A DNA stretch of 46,578 bases from PVC group bacterium (GTDB taxonomy: Bacteria; Verrucomicrobiota; Kiritimatiellia; SLAD01), in assembly GCA_003562335.1 (NCBI GenBank), contig PWVE01000162.1, positions 1 to 46,578 on the forward strand. The letters run 5' to 3'. Below, piece by piece: positions 16,381 through 26,380 of this stretch. The position numbers were made by a program, and so were the translations under genes. The notes under the pieces were generated by a model, which did no database searches, was not told where the DNA came from, and saw only the letters and a list, made by a program, of their open reading frames with translations. Every line of letters begins with the position of its first letter. Positions within the stretch are counted from its first letter, which is position 1.

Positions 16381-17991
16381 ATGCAGGCATGGCCGCTTCA
16401 CCTATTGGTGCTGGGACCTGTACTGTTGGGTGCCGTCACATTTTTTCTGCCGCGTCGCGCCTATCAGTTGGGTATGGGGTTAGGTAATATCGTGCTGACC
16501 GCTGCCGCGCTGCACCTGTTCGCCCAAGTGCGCTGGGGCGATGCGGTGGCGCAATACTTGGCTAACTGGCCGCCGGGAGTGGCCATCCGGCTGGTCGCCG
16601 ACACCATCTCCGCCCCCCTGGTCTTGCTCACGGCGTTTTTCTTTACGGCCACCTATTGCTTTGCGGCCCGGGCCGGTTACGTCGACAAAACGTTCATCTT
16701 TTTATTTCTGCTCCTGGAAGCGGCCATTTTCGGTGTGCTGCTGAGTGGTGACGTGTTCAACATCTATGTCATCCTGGAACTGGGCATGATCGGCGTGGCG
16801 ATTCTGATCATGTACCGCCAAGACAAGCAGTCGGTCTACGACGGTATCGTCTACATCATGATGAACTTCACCGGGATGGCGTTCATGACGTTGGGGATCG
16901 CCTATCTCTACCGGATCACCGGTGTACTCGACCTGGAATTGATCCACGAACGACTGGCCGAGCTCGAAGATCCCCGGGCCGCCTTGGTTCCTTACGCGTT
17001 GATCATGACCGCCGTGGCAATGAAGGCGGCCTTGTGGCCGCTCTTTAGCTGGCTGCCGCGTGCGCATGGGGCGCCGAGCGCGCCACCCATCGTATCCGCC
17101 GTGCTCTCCGGCGTACAGGTAAAGCTGGGTGTCTATTTACTGATTCGCCTGAACCAGGTCTTTGTCCCGGTGGTCAATGCGGAAGCCTTCTTTCTGGTGG
17201 TCGGATTTATCACGTCCACGCTGGGCTTCCTGCTGGGTGCCGTTCAGCAGGATATCAAGTTGATGCTGGCGTATTCCACCATCAGCCAGGTCGGGTTGAT
17301 TGTGGTGGGGCTGAATCTCGGCACGGCGGAGGCATACTGGGGCAGCATGTATCACATCATCAACCACGCTCTCTTTAAGGGCCTGCTCTTCTTGACCGCC
17401 GGGGTGATCACCGAGGCCTATGATACGCGCGTCTACCGCGAAATCCGCGGCGTACTGCATCGTATGCCGTGGGTGGGATTCGGCGCGCTGGCCGGCATCC
17501 TGGGTATCACCGGCGCCCCCTTTTTTAACGGCAGCATATCCAAGTACTTCATTGCACAGGGGGCCGCCGGGAATCCGGCCGAGCTGGGTTTGTACTTCAT
17601 CAACTTCGGCACCCTCCTGCTGTTTGTGAAGTATTGCACGATTCTATTCGGACGGCCGCCGGAACATGTCCGCACGGAATCGGACCCGTTTGTGGTCGCC
17701 ATTTCCCTGCTGTTCGGTGTGGCCATTCTGACCGGAGGCGTGCTGGGCGGACCGGCTATCGCCCTGATATTCGGCCCGGAATACGCCGTGCGCGGGGCGG
17801 TTGGCCCCGACAAACTCCTACTGTTTGCCGGGACGCTGGTAGCCGCGCTGGCGGTTTATCGTTGGGGTGTGGCGCGCTGGGACGACCGGCTGACGGGATT
17901 GCGCAAATTCAGGCTGAACTTCAATCAGATTGCCGCCCTGATCACGCTCTTCTTCGCCGGTTTATTGGCTTTCACGGTGTGGACCTCGTAG
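16381..17991 (+). CDS. stand-alone NuoL/NuoM/MrpD-type proton-conducting antiporter-like membrane subunit
   Basis: 536 aa and polytopic. Proton_antipo_M-like motifs: ILELGMIG (Glu), AMKAALWPLFSWLPRAHGAPSAPPIVSAVLSGVQVKLGVYLLIR, AYSTISQVGLIVVG and HIINHALFKGLLFLTAG. Confidence 0.85.
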   Translation: MQAWPLHLLVLGPVLLGAVTFFLPRRAYQLGMGLGNIVLTAAALHLFAQVRWGDAVAQYLANWPPGVAIRLVADTISAPLVLLTAFFFTATYCFAARAGYVDKTFIFLFLLLEAAIFGVLLSGDVFNIYVILELGMIGVAILIMYRQDKQSVYDGIVYIMMNFTGMAFMTLGIAYLYRITGVLDLELIHERLAELEDPRAALVPYALIMTAVAMKAALWPLFSWLPRAHGAPSAPPIVSAVLSGVQVKLGVYLLIRLNQVFVPVVNAEAFFLVVGFITSTLGFLLGAVQQDIKLMLAYSTISQVGLIVVGLNLGTAEAYWGSMYHIINHALFKGLLFLTAGVITEAYDTRVYREIRGVLHRMPWVGFGALAGILGITGAPFFNGSISKYFIAQGAAGNPAELGLYFINFGTLLLFVKYCTILFGRPPEHVRTESDPFVVAISLLFGVAILTGGVLGGPAIALIFGPEYAVRGAVGPDKLLLFAGTLVAALAVYRWGVARWDDRLTGLRKFRLNFNQIAALITLFFAGLLAFTVWTS

Positions 17992-18159
17992 TCCGCACCC
18001 GCCCGCTCGCGCAATCCAGGCGCACGTCACGCCTCACGTTATCTATACCGGCCCTGCAAGGACAGACCCTGTTGTGTAAGTCATTGATTTCCAGTAACTG
18101 TATGATTGATTGGCGGATTATGCTTGGGAGGTGCGGTCCGAGTTCCGCCCATATTCTCT

Positions 18160-18183
18160 GTCCCTGTCCCCGTCCCTGTCCCC
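18160..18183. repeat. 2 x 12-bp perfect tandem repeat GTCCCTGTCCCC
   Basis: Read directly: 18160-18171 and 18172-18183. The same stretch can be read as 4 hexamers TCCC(T/C)G. Confidence 0.9.
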
Positions 18184-18204
18184 GCACTCTTCAGGCATCA
18201 CTCT

Positions 18205-18350
18205 CCATATTAGCTGGCCAGGCGGGAACGGATCACAGTTCGAGAAGTGTGAGCCCTGTCCGTCGGCTCTTGCGAGCGGTGGTGGCGGTTGCGCATCATC
18301 AAAAAAAGCTTAGCTACCGCCTTATTCAAGCGTAGGCTCAGTGTGGACTG
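18205..18350 (-). repeat. copy B, an orphan and decayed copy of the hydrolase promoter/5'-end module
   Basis: About 80 % identical to 15407-15548. The ATGATG…NRHHRS..PTDR reading frame is broken by a 1-nt deletion and ends after ~30 codons. The -10 position is replaced by a T7 run. It lies between two convergent 3' ends. Confidence 0.85.
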
Positions 18351-18413
18351 TTCCCAGCCATAACCGATTGGGTGGCGTGCGATGGCTTCGCACGGGCGTT
18401 CACGAGGTTGTCG

Positions 18414-21400
18414 TTAGGTGTCACGCGAATTGGACGGGAGCAGGGTGAGCAGTTCGTCCAAACGGGCGGTGGGGGTCTGCGTCTGGAGACGGGGGAAGCG
18501 GTGGCCGGACATGCACCATTGGCCGTTGCGCTTCATCATGATCTTACCGTCGCGCACTTCGAGCTCATCGACCTGGCACGCGTGGGCGCGGATTTTGAGC
18601 GTGGCGATTTTCAGCAGGCGGTCGAGGGCGGGCGGGACAGGACCGTACCGGTCCTTGAGCTCGGTGCGCAAATCAGTCACTTCCATCTCGGCACTGAGGG
18701 CGGCAATCCGCCGATACAAGGTGACGCGGGCGTGTTCGTCGTCGACATAGGCGGGCGGAATAACGGTGGCGGCTGCGCTGTCGGCGTTGGCCGGGTCGGG
18801 ATCGATGAAGTCCAACCGCAAATCCACTTGAATGATCGGCGGCGGGGCCTCGCCTTTTAACTGGGCAATGGTGCGTTTGAGGAATTGGCAGTAGAGATCA
18901 AAACCGACAGCGGCGATGTGGCCGCTTTGGGCCGCGCCGAGGATGTTGCCGGCACCGCGTATTTCCAGGTCGCGCATGGCCAGCTTGAAGCCGGAACCCA
19001 GCCCGGAATAGGCGCGGATGGCCCGCACCCGATCCTGGGCCGCAGTAAACAACCGGCCATGACGCGGCAGCAACAGGTAGGCGTACGCCTTGTGCTTGTA
19101 ACGTCCCACGCGCCCGCGCAATTGATATAAATCCGATAACCCGAAGCGGTCCGCGCGTTCAATCAGGATGGTGTTGACGTTGGGAATATCCACACCACTT
19201 TCGATGATCGTGGTGCAGAGCAGGATGTCATACCGCCGTTGCACAAAATCGTTCATCACGGCTTCCAGCTCTCGCTCGTGCATGCGGCCGTGGCCTACGG
19301 CGATGCGCGCTTCCGGCACCAGTTTTTGCAAGTGGCGCAGGGTGCGCTCGATGGTTTTAACTCGGTTGTGCAGGTAGAAGACCTGTCCTTCCCGGCTCAG
19401 CTCGCGCCGGATCGCGTCACGCACGATCTCGTCACGGTATTGGGTGACAATGGTTTCCACGGGCAGCCGTTCCTGGGGCGGACTTTGAATGGTGCTGATG
19501 TCGCGCGCGCCCGTGAGGCTCATGTAAAGCGTGCGCGGAATCGGCGTGGCGGTCAGCGTCAAGACATCGACCAGTTGCCGCAGCGATTTCAGGTGTTCCT
19601 TGTGCTCGACGCCGAAACGTTGTTCCTCGTCCACAATGACCAGCCCGAGCTGTTTGAACTGGACATCCGGTTGTACCAAGCGATGGGTCCCGATCACAAT
19701 GTCCAGGCGCCCGGCGTTGAGATCGTCCACTATTTGTTTCTGCTCGCCGCGCGTCCGGAAGCGGCTGAGCATTTCGATGCGTACTGGAAAGGCGGCCATG
19801 CGTTCGCGAAAGGTTTCGTAATGTTGCTGGGCCAGTACGGTAGTCGGTACCAGCAAGGCCACTTGCCGCCCATCCATTACGGTCTTGAACGCCGCGCGCA
19901 TAGCCACTTCAGTCTTGCCGTAACCGACATCGCCGCAGATCAGGCGGTCCATCGGACGAGCGCTTTCCATGTTGTTTTTCACATCCTGGATGGCGCGCGC
20001 TTGGTCTTCCGTTTCTTCAAACGGGAACGCCTGCTCAAATTCGTGTTGCCAGGGGGCGTCGGCGGCAAAGGCGTGGCCGGACTTGGTTTGGCGCAGGGCC
20101 TGCGTTTCGAGCAGATTAGCGGCCAGGTCGCGCACGGCGCGCTCGGCGGCGGCCTTTTCACGGGTCCAGCGTTTGCCGCCCAAGGCGTGCAGGTCGGGGC
20201 GTTGCTTGCCGAATCCGACATAGCGGCTGAGCAGGTGCGCCTGGGCCACGGGCAGATAGATGCGCGCCTCGTCGGCATATTCAATGGACAACACCTCCTG
20301 CCGTTGTCCTTGCGTTTCAATTTGGTACAGCCCTAGGTAGCGGCCAATGCCGTGGTCGATGTGGACCACCAATTCGCCCGGCTGGATATCGCGCCATTCC
20401 GTGATGCGCGGTCCCTGCGGCTCGCGTTTCGCCCGCCGCCGCGTGCGTGGTTCGTAGTGCTCGCGGCCCCGGCGGGTTTGGCCGTAGATGTCCTGTTCGG
20501 CGACTAACCACAGGCGATCAGCAGGATAATGAAAGCCTTGGGATAGGGGTCCAACCGTGTGGATCAGGCGGGTCGGCTCCGTTATGCGTTGGGCGTGCCA
20601 TTCTTCGAACCGTTCGCGTGTGCCGACCGTCCCAAAATAGCAGCGGACCGTGTCGCCCGCCGCCGCGTGCGCTTCCAGTTCAGCAACGAATTGGTGGCGC
20701 AGGTTTTCCAGTTCGCTTTGGTCCAACTCGGCGCGGTCCAAAGCCGGCAAGCCCGCCAGTGGCTCAAATGTCATGGGGCCGGCAACCGTGCCGCGTGGTT
20801 GGTGGCCGTCTAGATAAATCGGCCCGGCTGGAAACCGTTGTTTGATGGCCTGCCGCAGTTGCCGATAACCCACGATGAAATCGGCGGCAGCGGTGTCCGC
20901 CATCAATTGTTCATACTGCACGGCATGATCGCGAATGCGATCCGCGTCGCACCAGACAAACAAACTGGCGGGCGGGCAGTAGTCGATGACACGGGCCTGT
21001 AGGGTTTTAGCGCTGTCCGACTGGAATTCACGGGCGGGCCACACGGTGGTGGCGGTGCGGCTATCGATGGATCGCTGGTCGGCCGGATCAAACACCCGAA
21101 TGGATTCCAAGGTGTCCCCGAAGAACTCAAGGCGTAGCGGGTAATCTTCGGTAGGCGGCCAGCAATCCACAATGCCGCCTCGATGCGCGGCTTCGCCTTT
21201 GGCATGGACTTCCGGCTCGAAGGTGTAGCCGAGCGTGTCCAGCGTTTCCAACAATTGGGTGAACGCATAGTCTTCACCGGTACGCAAGGGGCATTGCTGG
21301 TGCTGCCAATCGGTGGGCCGTCTGGTCTTTTGCATCAGCGCCTGCACACTAGTACAGAGCACGGGCGGCGGCGTGCCGGCCACGCAGGCTTGCAATACCT

Positions 21401-21728
21401 CCAGTCGGGCCCCGAGCAAGTCGGCCAGCGGGACTTGACCGCGGCCCGGCAGACTTTCCCATGGCGGATAGCAGGCCGTTGGTTCGCCGCGCAAGGCCGT
21501 CAGGTCGCGGGCCAGGTCGTCAATGGCGCGCGGGCCGTCGACCACCGCCACGACCGGGCGCTGCAGTACCGCCTGCACGGCGGCGATCAAGAAAGCGGCG
21601 GCGCCCGGCGGGACATCCGCCAAGTGTACGCCCTGTTCGGTCTCAACCCATTGACGCCAAAAAGTGCTGTCGGTGGCGGCCAGTGTGGGGTGCCAGGTGG
21701 TCTTGGCCGGGGACCGATGTCTTGCCAT
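18414..21728 (-). CDS. mfd: transcription-repair coupling factor
   Basis: CarD/TRCF-like block [19 protein letters not shown]. Helicase motifs [27 protein letters not shown] and [10 protein letters not shown] chose the start ATG at 21728, which overlaps the cysD stop (TGATG). The longer track ORF extends to 21887. Confidence 0.93.
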   Translation of the reverse strand: MARHRSPAKTTWHPTLAATDSTFWRQWVETEQGVHLADVPPGAAAFLIAAVQAVLQRPVVAVVDGPRAIDDLARDLTALRGEPTACYPPWESLPGRGQVPLADLLGARLEVLQACVAGTPPPVLCTSVQALMQKTRRPTDWQHQQCPLRTGEDYAFTQLLETLDTLGYTFEPEVHAKGEAAHRGGIVDCWPPTEDYPLRLEFFGDTLESIRVFDPADQRSIDSRTATTVWPAREFQSDSAKTLQARVIDYCPPASLFVWCDADRIRDHAVQYEQLMADTAAADFIVGYRQLRQAIKQRFPAGPIYLDGHQPRGTVAGPMTFEPLAGLPALDRAELDQSELENLRHQFVAELEAHAAAGDTVRCYFGTVGTRERFEEWHAQRITEPTRLIHTVGPLSQGFHYPADRLWLVAEQDIYGQTRRGREHYEPRTRRRAKREPQGPRITEWRDIQPGELVVHIDHGIGRYLGLYQIETQGQRQEVLSIEYADEARIYLPVAQAHLLSRYVGFGKQRPDLHALGGKRWTREKAAAERAVRDLAANLLETQALRQTKSGHAFAADAPWQHEFEQAFPFEETEDQARAIQDVKNNMESARPMDRLICGDVGYGKTEVAMRAAFKTVMDGRQVALLVPTTVLAQQHYETFRERMAAFPVRIEMLSRFRTRGEQKQIVDDLNAGRLDIVIGTHRLVQPDVQFKQLGLVIVDEEQRFGVEHKEHLKSLRQLVDVLTLTATPIPRTLYMSLTGARDISTIQSPPQERLPVETIVTQYRDEIVRDAIRRELSREGQVFYLHNRVKTIERTLRHLQKLVPEARIAVGHGRMHERELEAVMNDFVQRRYDILLCTTIIESGVDIPNVNTILIERADRFGLSDLYQLRGRVGRYKHKAYAYLLLPRHGRLFTAAQDRVRAIRAYSGLGSGFKLAMRDLEIRGAGNILGAAQSGHIAAVGFDLYCQFLKRTIAQLKGEAPPPIIQVDLRLDFIDPDPANADSAAATVIPPAYVDDEHARVTLYRRIAALSAEMEVTDLRTELKDRYGPVPPALDRLLKIATLKIRAHACQVDELEVRDGKIMMKRNGQWCMSGHRFPRLQTQTPTARLDELLTLLPSNSRDT

Positions 21729-22639
21729 CAAAAATAGCCGTCCTTTTTCTTCTCTTCCATGCTCGCCGCACCGTCGTAATCGATGACGCGACCTTGCCGC
21801 TCGGATTGTTTGGCCAGCAGCATTTCCTCTACGATCTTCTCGATGGTGTCCGCTTCCGACTCCACAGCACCGGTCAACGGGTAGCAACCCAGCGTGCGGA
21901 ATCGAACCCGCTTCATTTGAGGGCGTTCACCGGGCTCCAGCGGAAGCCGGTCATCGTCCACCATAATCCACGTGCCACTGCGCGGCACCACGGGCCGTTC
22001 GGCCGCGAAGTAGAGGGGCACCACCGGGATTTCCTCTTTCATGATGTACAGCCAGATGTCGAGCTCGGTCCAGTTCGACAAGGGAAAGACCCGGATCGAT
22101 TCGCCTTTATTGACCCGGCTGTTATAGAGTCCCCACAGCTCCGGGCGCTGGTTCTTCGGGTCCCACTGGTGATGGGTGTTGCGAAAACTGAAGATACGCT
22201 CTTTGGCGCGCGATTTTTCCTCGTCGCGCCGTGCGCCGCCGAAGGCCGCATCGAAACCGTGATGGTTCAGCGCCTGTTTCAACGCCTCGGTTTTCATGAT
22301 GTGCGTGTGTTTTTCCGAGCCGTGATCGATGGGGTTGATGTTTTGTGCCGCCCCCTCCGGGTTGGTCCAGACCAGTAGTTTGAAACCGATCTCCTCGGCC
22401 ATACGTTGGCGAAAGGCAATCATCTCCCGGAATTTCCAGCGCGTATCGACATGCATTAACGGGAACGGGATTGGACCGGGCTGAAACGCTTTTTGGGCCA
22501 GGCGCAGCATGACGGAGGAATCCTTGCCGATGGAATACAGCATCACCGGGTTGGCAAATTCCGCCGCCACCTCGCGGATGATGTGGATGCTCTCCGCTTC
22601 CAGTTGCTGTAAGTGTGTGGTCTGATAGTGCGGTTTCAT
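21728..22639 (-). CDS. cysD: sulfate adenylyltransferase subunit 2
   Basis: [19 protein letters not shown] and [17 protein letters not shown]. The ATG at 22639 overlaps the cysQ stop (ATGA). Confidence 0.92.
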   Translation of the reverse strand: MKPHYQTTHLQQLEAESIHIIREVAAEFANPVMLYSIGKDSSVMLRLAQKAFQPGPIPFPLMHVDTRWKFREMIAFRQRMAEEIGFKLLVWTNPEGAAQNINPIDHGSEKHTHIMKTEALKQALNHHGFDAAFGGARRDEEKSRAKERIFSFRNTHHQWDPKNQRPELWGLYNSRVNKGESIRVFPLSNWTELDIWLYIMKEEIPVVPLYFAAERPVVPRSGTWIMVDDDRLPLEPGERPQMKRVRFRTLGCYPLTGAVESEADTIEKIVEEMLLAKQSERQGRVIDYDGAASMEEKKKDGYF

Positions 22640-23508
22640 AAGACTCCCGGATGCAAAGCGACAAACCACGGATTCACCAGGTCCGCACGGTTATAGGTCA
22701 ATTGCGGCAACGCCGACAGGGCAGGCAAACCATTGGCCATGAACGCCGTGCGGGCTGCGTCGTCATAGACGACCACTTGTCCGCCCACGCTGTTCAAGAC
22801 GGCCTGCGCAGCGGCGGTATCCCATTCCATGGTGGGGGCCAGCCGCGGGTAACAGTGCGCCGCGCCGGCCGCCACCATGCACAGCTTCAGCGCGCTACCG
22901 CGCGTGACCCGTTCGACCGGGCGACCATCCGCTGTTAAGCGCGCTACAAACGCTTCCGTGTCGGGTGTGGGGTGCGATCGTGAGGCCACCACGCGCAATG
23001 GCCCGTCCACCGCAGGGCGATCCGGCAGCGCGGTGAATGGCTGTTGCTGTTGGCTGCGAAACGCGCCCACACCTGCTAATCCAATGTAGCCGTCCTGCAA
23101 GGCCGGGGCGTACACGACGCCTAGCACGGGTTGCCCATTTTCGATTAATGCGATGTTCACGGTGAACTCGTCGTTGCGTTTCACAAATTCTTTGGTTCCG
23201 TCCAACGGGTCGACCAGCCAGAACGCAGGCCAATGGCGGCGCGTGGCATAGGGGGCCTGGGCACTTTCCTCCGACATAATGGGTAAATTGGTTTTCGCCA
23301 GCACGGCGGTAATGTCGGCGTGCGCGGCCCGGTCAGCCGCTGTTAGCGGCGAATCATCGGCTTTATATTCGACGCTGAATGCTTCGGCGTACACCTTCAT
23401 TATCGACTCGCCAGCCACGTAAGCGGCTTCTACGGATGCCGCCAACAACGGCGCGCGCGCAGGTGGGGCGGCGGGCAGCGTCGGGTACTGGTGGGTGGCG
23501 ATGGTCAT
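22636..23508 (-). CDS. cysQ: 3'(2'),5'-bisphosphate nucleotidase
   Basis: Inositol-monophosphatase-family motifs: IMSEES and [13 protein letters not shown]. The ATGA at 23505-23508 overlaps the cysNC stop. Confidence 0.88.
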   Translation of the reverse strand: MTIATHQYPTLPAAPPARAPLLAASVEAAYVAGESIMKVYAEAFSVEYKADDSPLTAADRAAHADITAVLAKTNLPIMSEESAQAPYATRRHWPAFWLVDPLDGTKEFVKRNDEFTVNIALIENGQPVLGVVYAPALQDGYIGLAGVGAFRSQQQQPFTALPDRPAVDGPLRVVASRSHPTPDTEAFVARLTADGRPVERVTRGSALKLCMVAAGAAHCYPRLAPTMEWDTAAAQAVLNSVGGQVVVYDDAARTAFMANGLPALSALPQLTYNRADLVNPWFVALHPGVL

Positions 23509-25418
23509 GAGTCGGTGGAGGGGATAAAGGTGCGCGATTTCAATTCTGTGATCAAGCGGTCAACGGCTTCCGTCAGGCTACAGTGTGATGTATCGATCTC
23601 AATTTCCGGTGTCAGGGGTGCCTCGTACGGATCGCTAATACCGGTAAATTGAGGAATCTCGCCGCGCCGCGCTTTTTGGTAGAGCTTTTTCGGATCGCGC
23701 TGCTCGCACACTGCGAGCGGCGTGCTGACGTGTACCTCCAGAAAGCGGTCGGTCCCGACGATTTCGCGGGCATTGTCGCGATCGGCACGGTACGGGGAGA
23801 TGAACGCCGTGATGACGATCAGGCCGGCATCGCTGAACAACGCGGCCACTTCTGCAATGCGGCGGATGTTTTCGCGCCGGTCTTCGGCGCTGAAGCCGAG
23901 ATCCTTGTTCAGGCCGTGTCGGATATTGTCGCCATCGAGTACATAGCAGAAGTGGCCTTGCGCGATCAGTGCTTGTTCCAGTTCCTTGGCAATCGTGGAC
24001 TTGCCCGACCCGCTCAAGCCTGTTAGCCAGAGCGTGGCACCACGCTGGCCGAAGCGCTGTTCGCGTTCAGCACCGGAAACCAGCGGTTGTTCCCGGACGA
24101 TGTTGCGGGTGGCAGCGATGTTTTCGGCGGACTTGACTGCGGGTCGGTCAAGAATCATGCCGGCGGCTACGGTGGCGTTGCTGAGGCGGTCGATGAGAAT
24201 AAAGTTACCGGTTTCCGGGTTGCGGGTGTAGTCGTCGTAGGCCAGCGCGCGGTGCAACGTCAAGCGGACGCGGCCGATTTCGTTCATGGCCAGTGCGGGG
24301 GCTGTGTTGGCTTTGCGCATGGTGTTGACGTCGATCTGGTAGCGGATTTCGGTCAACGTGGCCGGCACGGTGTTGGTGGTGTGTTTGACCAGATAGGTGC
24401 GGCCCGGCTGGGCGGCGTCCTCGTGCATCCAAACCAGCATAGCTTCCCAGTCAGTGCCTTCCTTGGGTTGGTTGTTGGGATGAACCAGCATGCACCCGCG
24501 GCTGACATCTATTTCGTCCTCCAAGGTGACCGTCACCGCTAGGGGCGGGAACGCCTCCTCCACTTCGCCGGTGGCGGCTATGATCTGCTTGATGCGCGTG
24601 GTGCGCTGGGAAGGCAGGCACATGACCGCGTCGCTGCGGCGCAGTACGCCGGAGGCCACCGTGCCCGCAAAACCACGGAAATTGAGGTCGGGCCGGATCA
24701 CGTATTGTACCGGGAAACGCATATCCACCAGGTTACGATCGGTTGCGATATTGATGTTCTCCAGGTGGTGCAGGAACGTGGGGCCCGTATACCACGGCAT
24801 ATGGGTGCTGGGCGTGGCCACATTATCGCCGTGCAAGGCCGACATGGGAATAAAGTGGATATCCACGAAGCCGAGCCGTGCAATGGCGTCGTTATAATCG
24901 GCGCGAATGCGATCAAAAACGTCTTCCGACCAGTCGACCAAGTCCATTTTGTTGACCGCCACGATGACGTGTTTGATGCCGAGCAGGGAAGCGATGAAGC
25001 TGTGGCGGCGGGTCTGGGTGATCACGCCCAGCCGGGCGTCGATCAGCACCACTGCCAGGTTGCAGTGCGACGCGCCGGTGGCCATGTTGCGTGTGTATTG
25101 TTCGTGCCCCGGGGTGTCGGCGATAATGAACTTGCGTTTGTCGGTTGAAAAGTAGCGGTAGGCGACATCGATGGTGATGCCCTGTTCGCGTTCCGCTTTC
25201 AGGCCGTCCGTCAGCAGTGCCGGATCAAAATCCGTGCCGGTTGTGCCGTGGGCGAGGGAATCCTTGTGGATGGCGGCCAACTGATCTTCATAGATCATGT
25301 GCGTATCGTACAGCAGGCGACCAATCAGCGTGGATTTGCCATCATCCACACTGCCGCAGGTCAGTAGGCGCAATAAATCTTTCTGTTCGTGTCGGGCCAG
25401 ATACGCTGCAATATTCAT
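23505..25418 (-). CDS. cysNC: bifunctional sulfate adenylyltransferase subunit 1 / adenylylsulfate (APS) kinase
   Basis: N-terminal GTPase motifs are [23 protein letters not shown] and NKMD. The C-terminal APS kinase part has [20 protein letters not shown] chose the ATG at 25418; the track start at 25454 is TTG. Confidence 0.92.
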   Translation of the reverse strand: MNIAAYLARHEQKDLLRLLTCGSVDDGKSTLIGRLLYDTHMIYEDQLAAIHKDSLAHGTTGTDFDPALLTDGLKAEREQGITIDVAYRYFSTDKRKFIIADTPGHEQYTRNMATGASHCNLAVVLIDARLGVITQTRRHSFIASLLGIKHVIVAVNKMDLVDWSEDVFDRIRADYNDAIARLGFVDIHFIPMSALHGDNVATPSTHMPWYTGPTFLHHLENINIATDRNLVDMRFPVQYVIRPDLNFRGFAGTVASGVLRRSDAVMCLPSQRTTRIKQIIAATGEVEEAFPPLAVTVTLEDEIDVSRGCMLVHPNNQPKEGTDWEAMLVWMHEDAAQPGRTYLVKHTTNTVPATLTEIRYQIDVNTMRKANTAPALAMNEIGRVRLTLHRALAYDDYTRNPETGNFILIDRLSNATVAAGMILDRPAVKSAENIAATRNIVREQPLVSGAEREQRFGQRGATLWLTGLSGSGKSTIAKELEQALIAQGHFCYVLDGDNIRHGLNKDLGFSAEDRRENIRRIAEVAALFSDAGLIVITAFISPYRADRDNAREIVGTDRFLEVHVSTPLAVCEQRDPKKLYQKARRGEIPQFTGISDPYEAPLTPEIEIDTSHCSLTEAVDRLITELKSRTFIPSTDS

Positions 25419-25509
25419 GCCGCCAAACTCTACCAGCCTGATTTCCCGGCGCAAGCCGAAATGGGAGCAGCTGTCGGCAACGGAGCGGAATACCAGCGTG
25501 GAACGCGGG

Positions 25510-26280
25510 TTAACCGGCTAATTGCTTGCGGCGATAGTGTTCGTCCGGCCGGTTATCAAGGTGGTCCGCCTCTTCTGACGACAGGTAGTTGGGACCACCA
25601 AAGGCTTGCGTCCCAATTAGTATCCGCGCCCACTTGTCGAGCATGAGCATGATGTTCAACACCTCGCCTGCCGATTGTCCCAGTGCCACGGGCCCGTGAT
25701 TTACCATCAGCAGCACCTTGGGCCCCACCCCATGCGTGTCGCGGTATTCCTGTAACGCGTCGCGCACCGCCACTGCGAGCGGTAACCCGGGATCGACGTA
25801 CGGTACCACGGCGATGTGTCGACCGCAGACGACAATTTCGTCCGGGTAGATGTGCTGCAGAAAGGGGGTGGCTCCGACGCTACTGCATAAGATGGACAGC
25901 ACCGAGTCGGTATGCGTGTGGCCTACCCACTGGGCACCGCCGATCGTCAAACAGAGCGCGTGCAAGAACGTCTCCACGGAAGGTTGTTTATGGTCCGGGT
26001 CATACAATGTGGTCTGTAGCCGCTGATTCACCGCCGCATTGTCCAAACCGGTTTCGTCCAAGACCGCGAGCGCTTTCTCGATTACCACCCGGCTTAGATC
26101 GGTCGGCTTGAGGGTCGACAGTCGTGATCCCGATGCTTTAACCCAGAATGTGCCGTCCCCAATCGCGGCACTGGTATTCCCTTCACCCAACATCGCTAAC
26201 CGCCGGTCTTCCTGACCAAGGTCATGAGATAAGGTCAGCAATTGTTCTTGTACTTCTTTGGCATTCATATTCTTTTCCAT
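25510..26280 (-). CDS. class II aldolase/adducin-family protein, probable rhamnulose-1-phosphate aldolase
   Basis: 256 aa with GEGNTSA…[10 protein letters not shown] and HTHTDSV motifs. It lies directly downstream of rhaA-rhaB. Confidence 0.75.
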   Translation of the reverse strand: MEKNMNAKEVQEQLLTLSHDLGQEDRRLAMLGEGNTSAAIGDGTFWVKASGSRLSTLKPTDLSRVVIEKALAVLDETGLDNAAVNQRLQTTLYDPDHKQPSVETFLHALCLTIGGAQWVGHTHTDSVLSILCSSVGATPFLQHIYPDEIVVCGRHIAVVPYVDPGLPLAVAVRDALQEYRDTHGVGPKVLLMVNHGPVALGQSAGEVLNIMLMLDKWARILIGTQAFGGPNYLSSEEADHLDNRPDEHYRRKQLAG

Positions 26281-26301
26281 GTTCTTTCTCTTTTCGGTGA
26301 A

Positions 26302-26374
26302 CGCGAACGGCGACGAGAGTGGTTAACGAGTGAAAATCAATCGTCCGCCGTTCGCGGTGCCGTTCTCGTTAACC
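26302..26374 (-). promoter_or_regulatory. interleaved inverted repeats (two mutually exclusive hairpins) in the rhaB-aldolase intergenic region
   Basis: CGCGAACGGCGACGA (26302-26316) pairs with TCGTCCGCCGTTCGCG (26341-26356), giving 15 bp with a 1-nt bulge. GGTTAACGAG (26321-26330) pairs with CTCGTTAACC (26365-26374), giving 10 bp. Confidence 0.45.
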
Positions 26375-26380
26375 CTTTAC

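Noticed and set aside
16208-16483. A 91-aa + strand ORF in the BLUF/antiporter intergenic region.
   Set aside because: It overlaps the antiporter-like gene's start out of frame. Its Trp/Arg/Gly-rich composition matches no motif I recognise, and I see no ribosome-binding site.
16381-17991. A DabB-type CO2-uptake subunit, or part of a complex I or Mrp operon.
   Set aside because: No DabA (DUF2309) gene and no other Nuo or Mrp subunit genes are adjacent. Only the generic antiporter-like subunit call is supported.
26302-26374. Interpreting the interleaved repeats as a classical H-type pseudoknot.
   Set aside because: The connecting loops (8, 10 and 4 nt on the mRNA) look too short. In particular, the 4-nt loop would have to cross a 10-bp helix. 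I kept the feature as mutually exclusive hairpins or a dyad operator instead.
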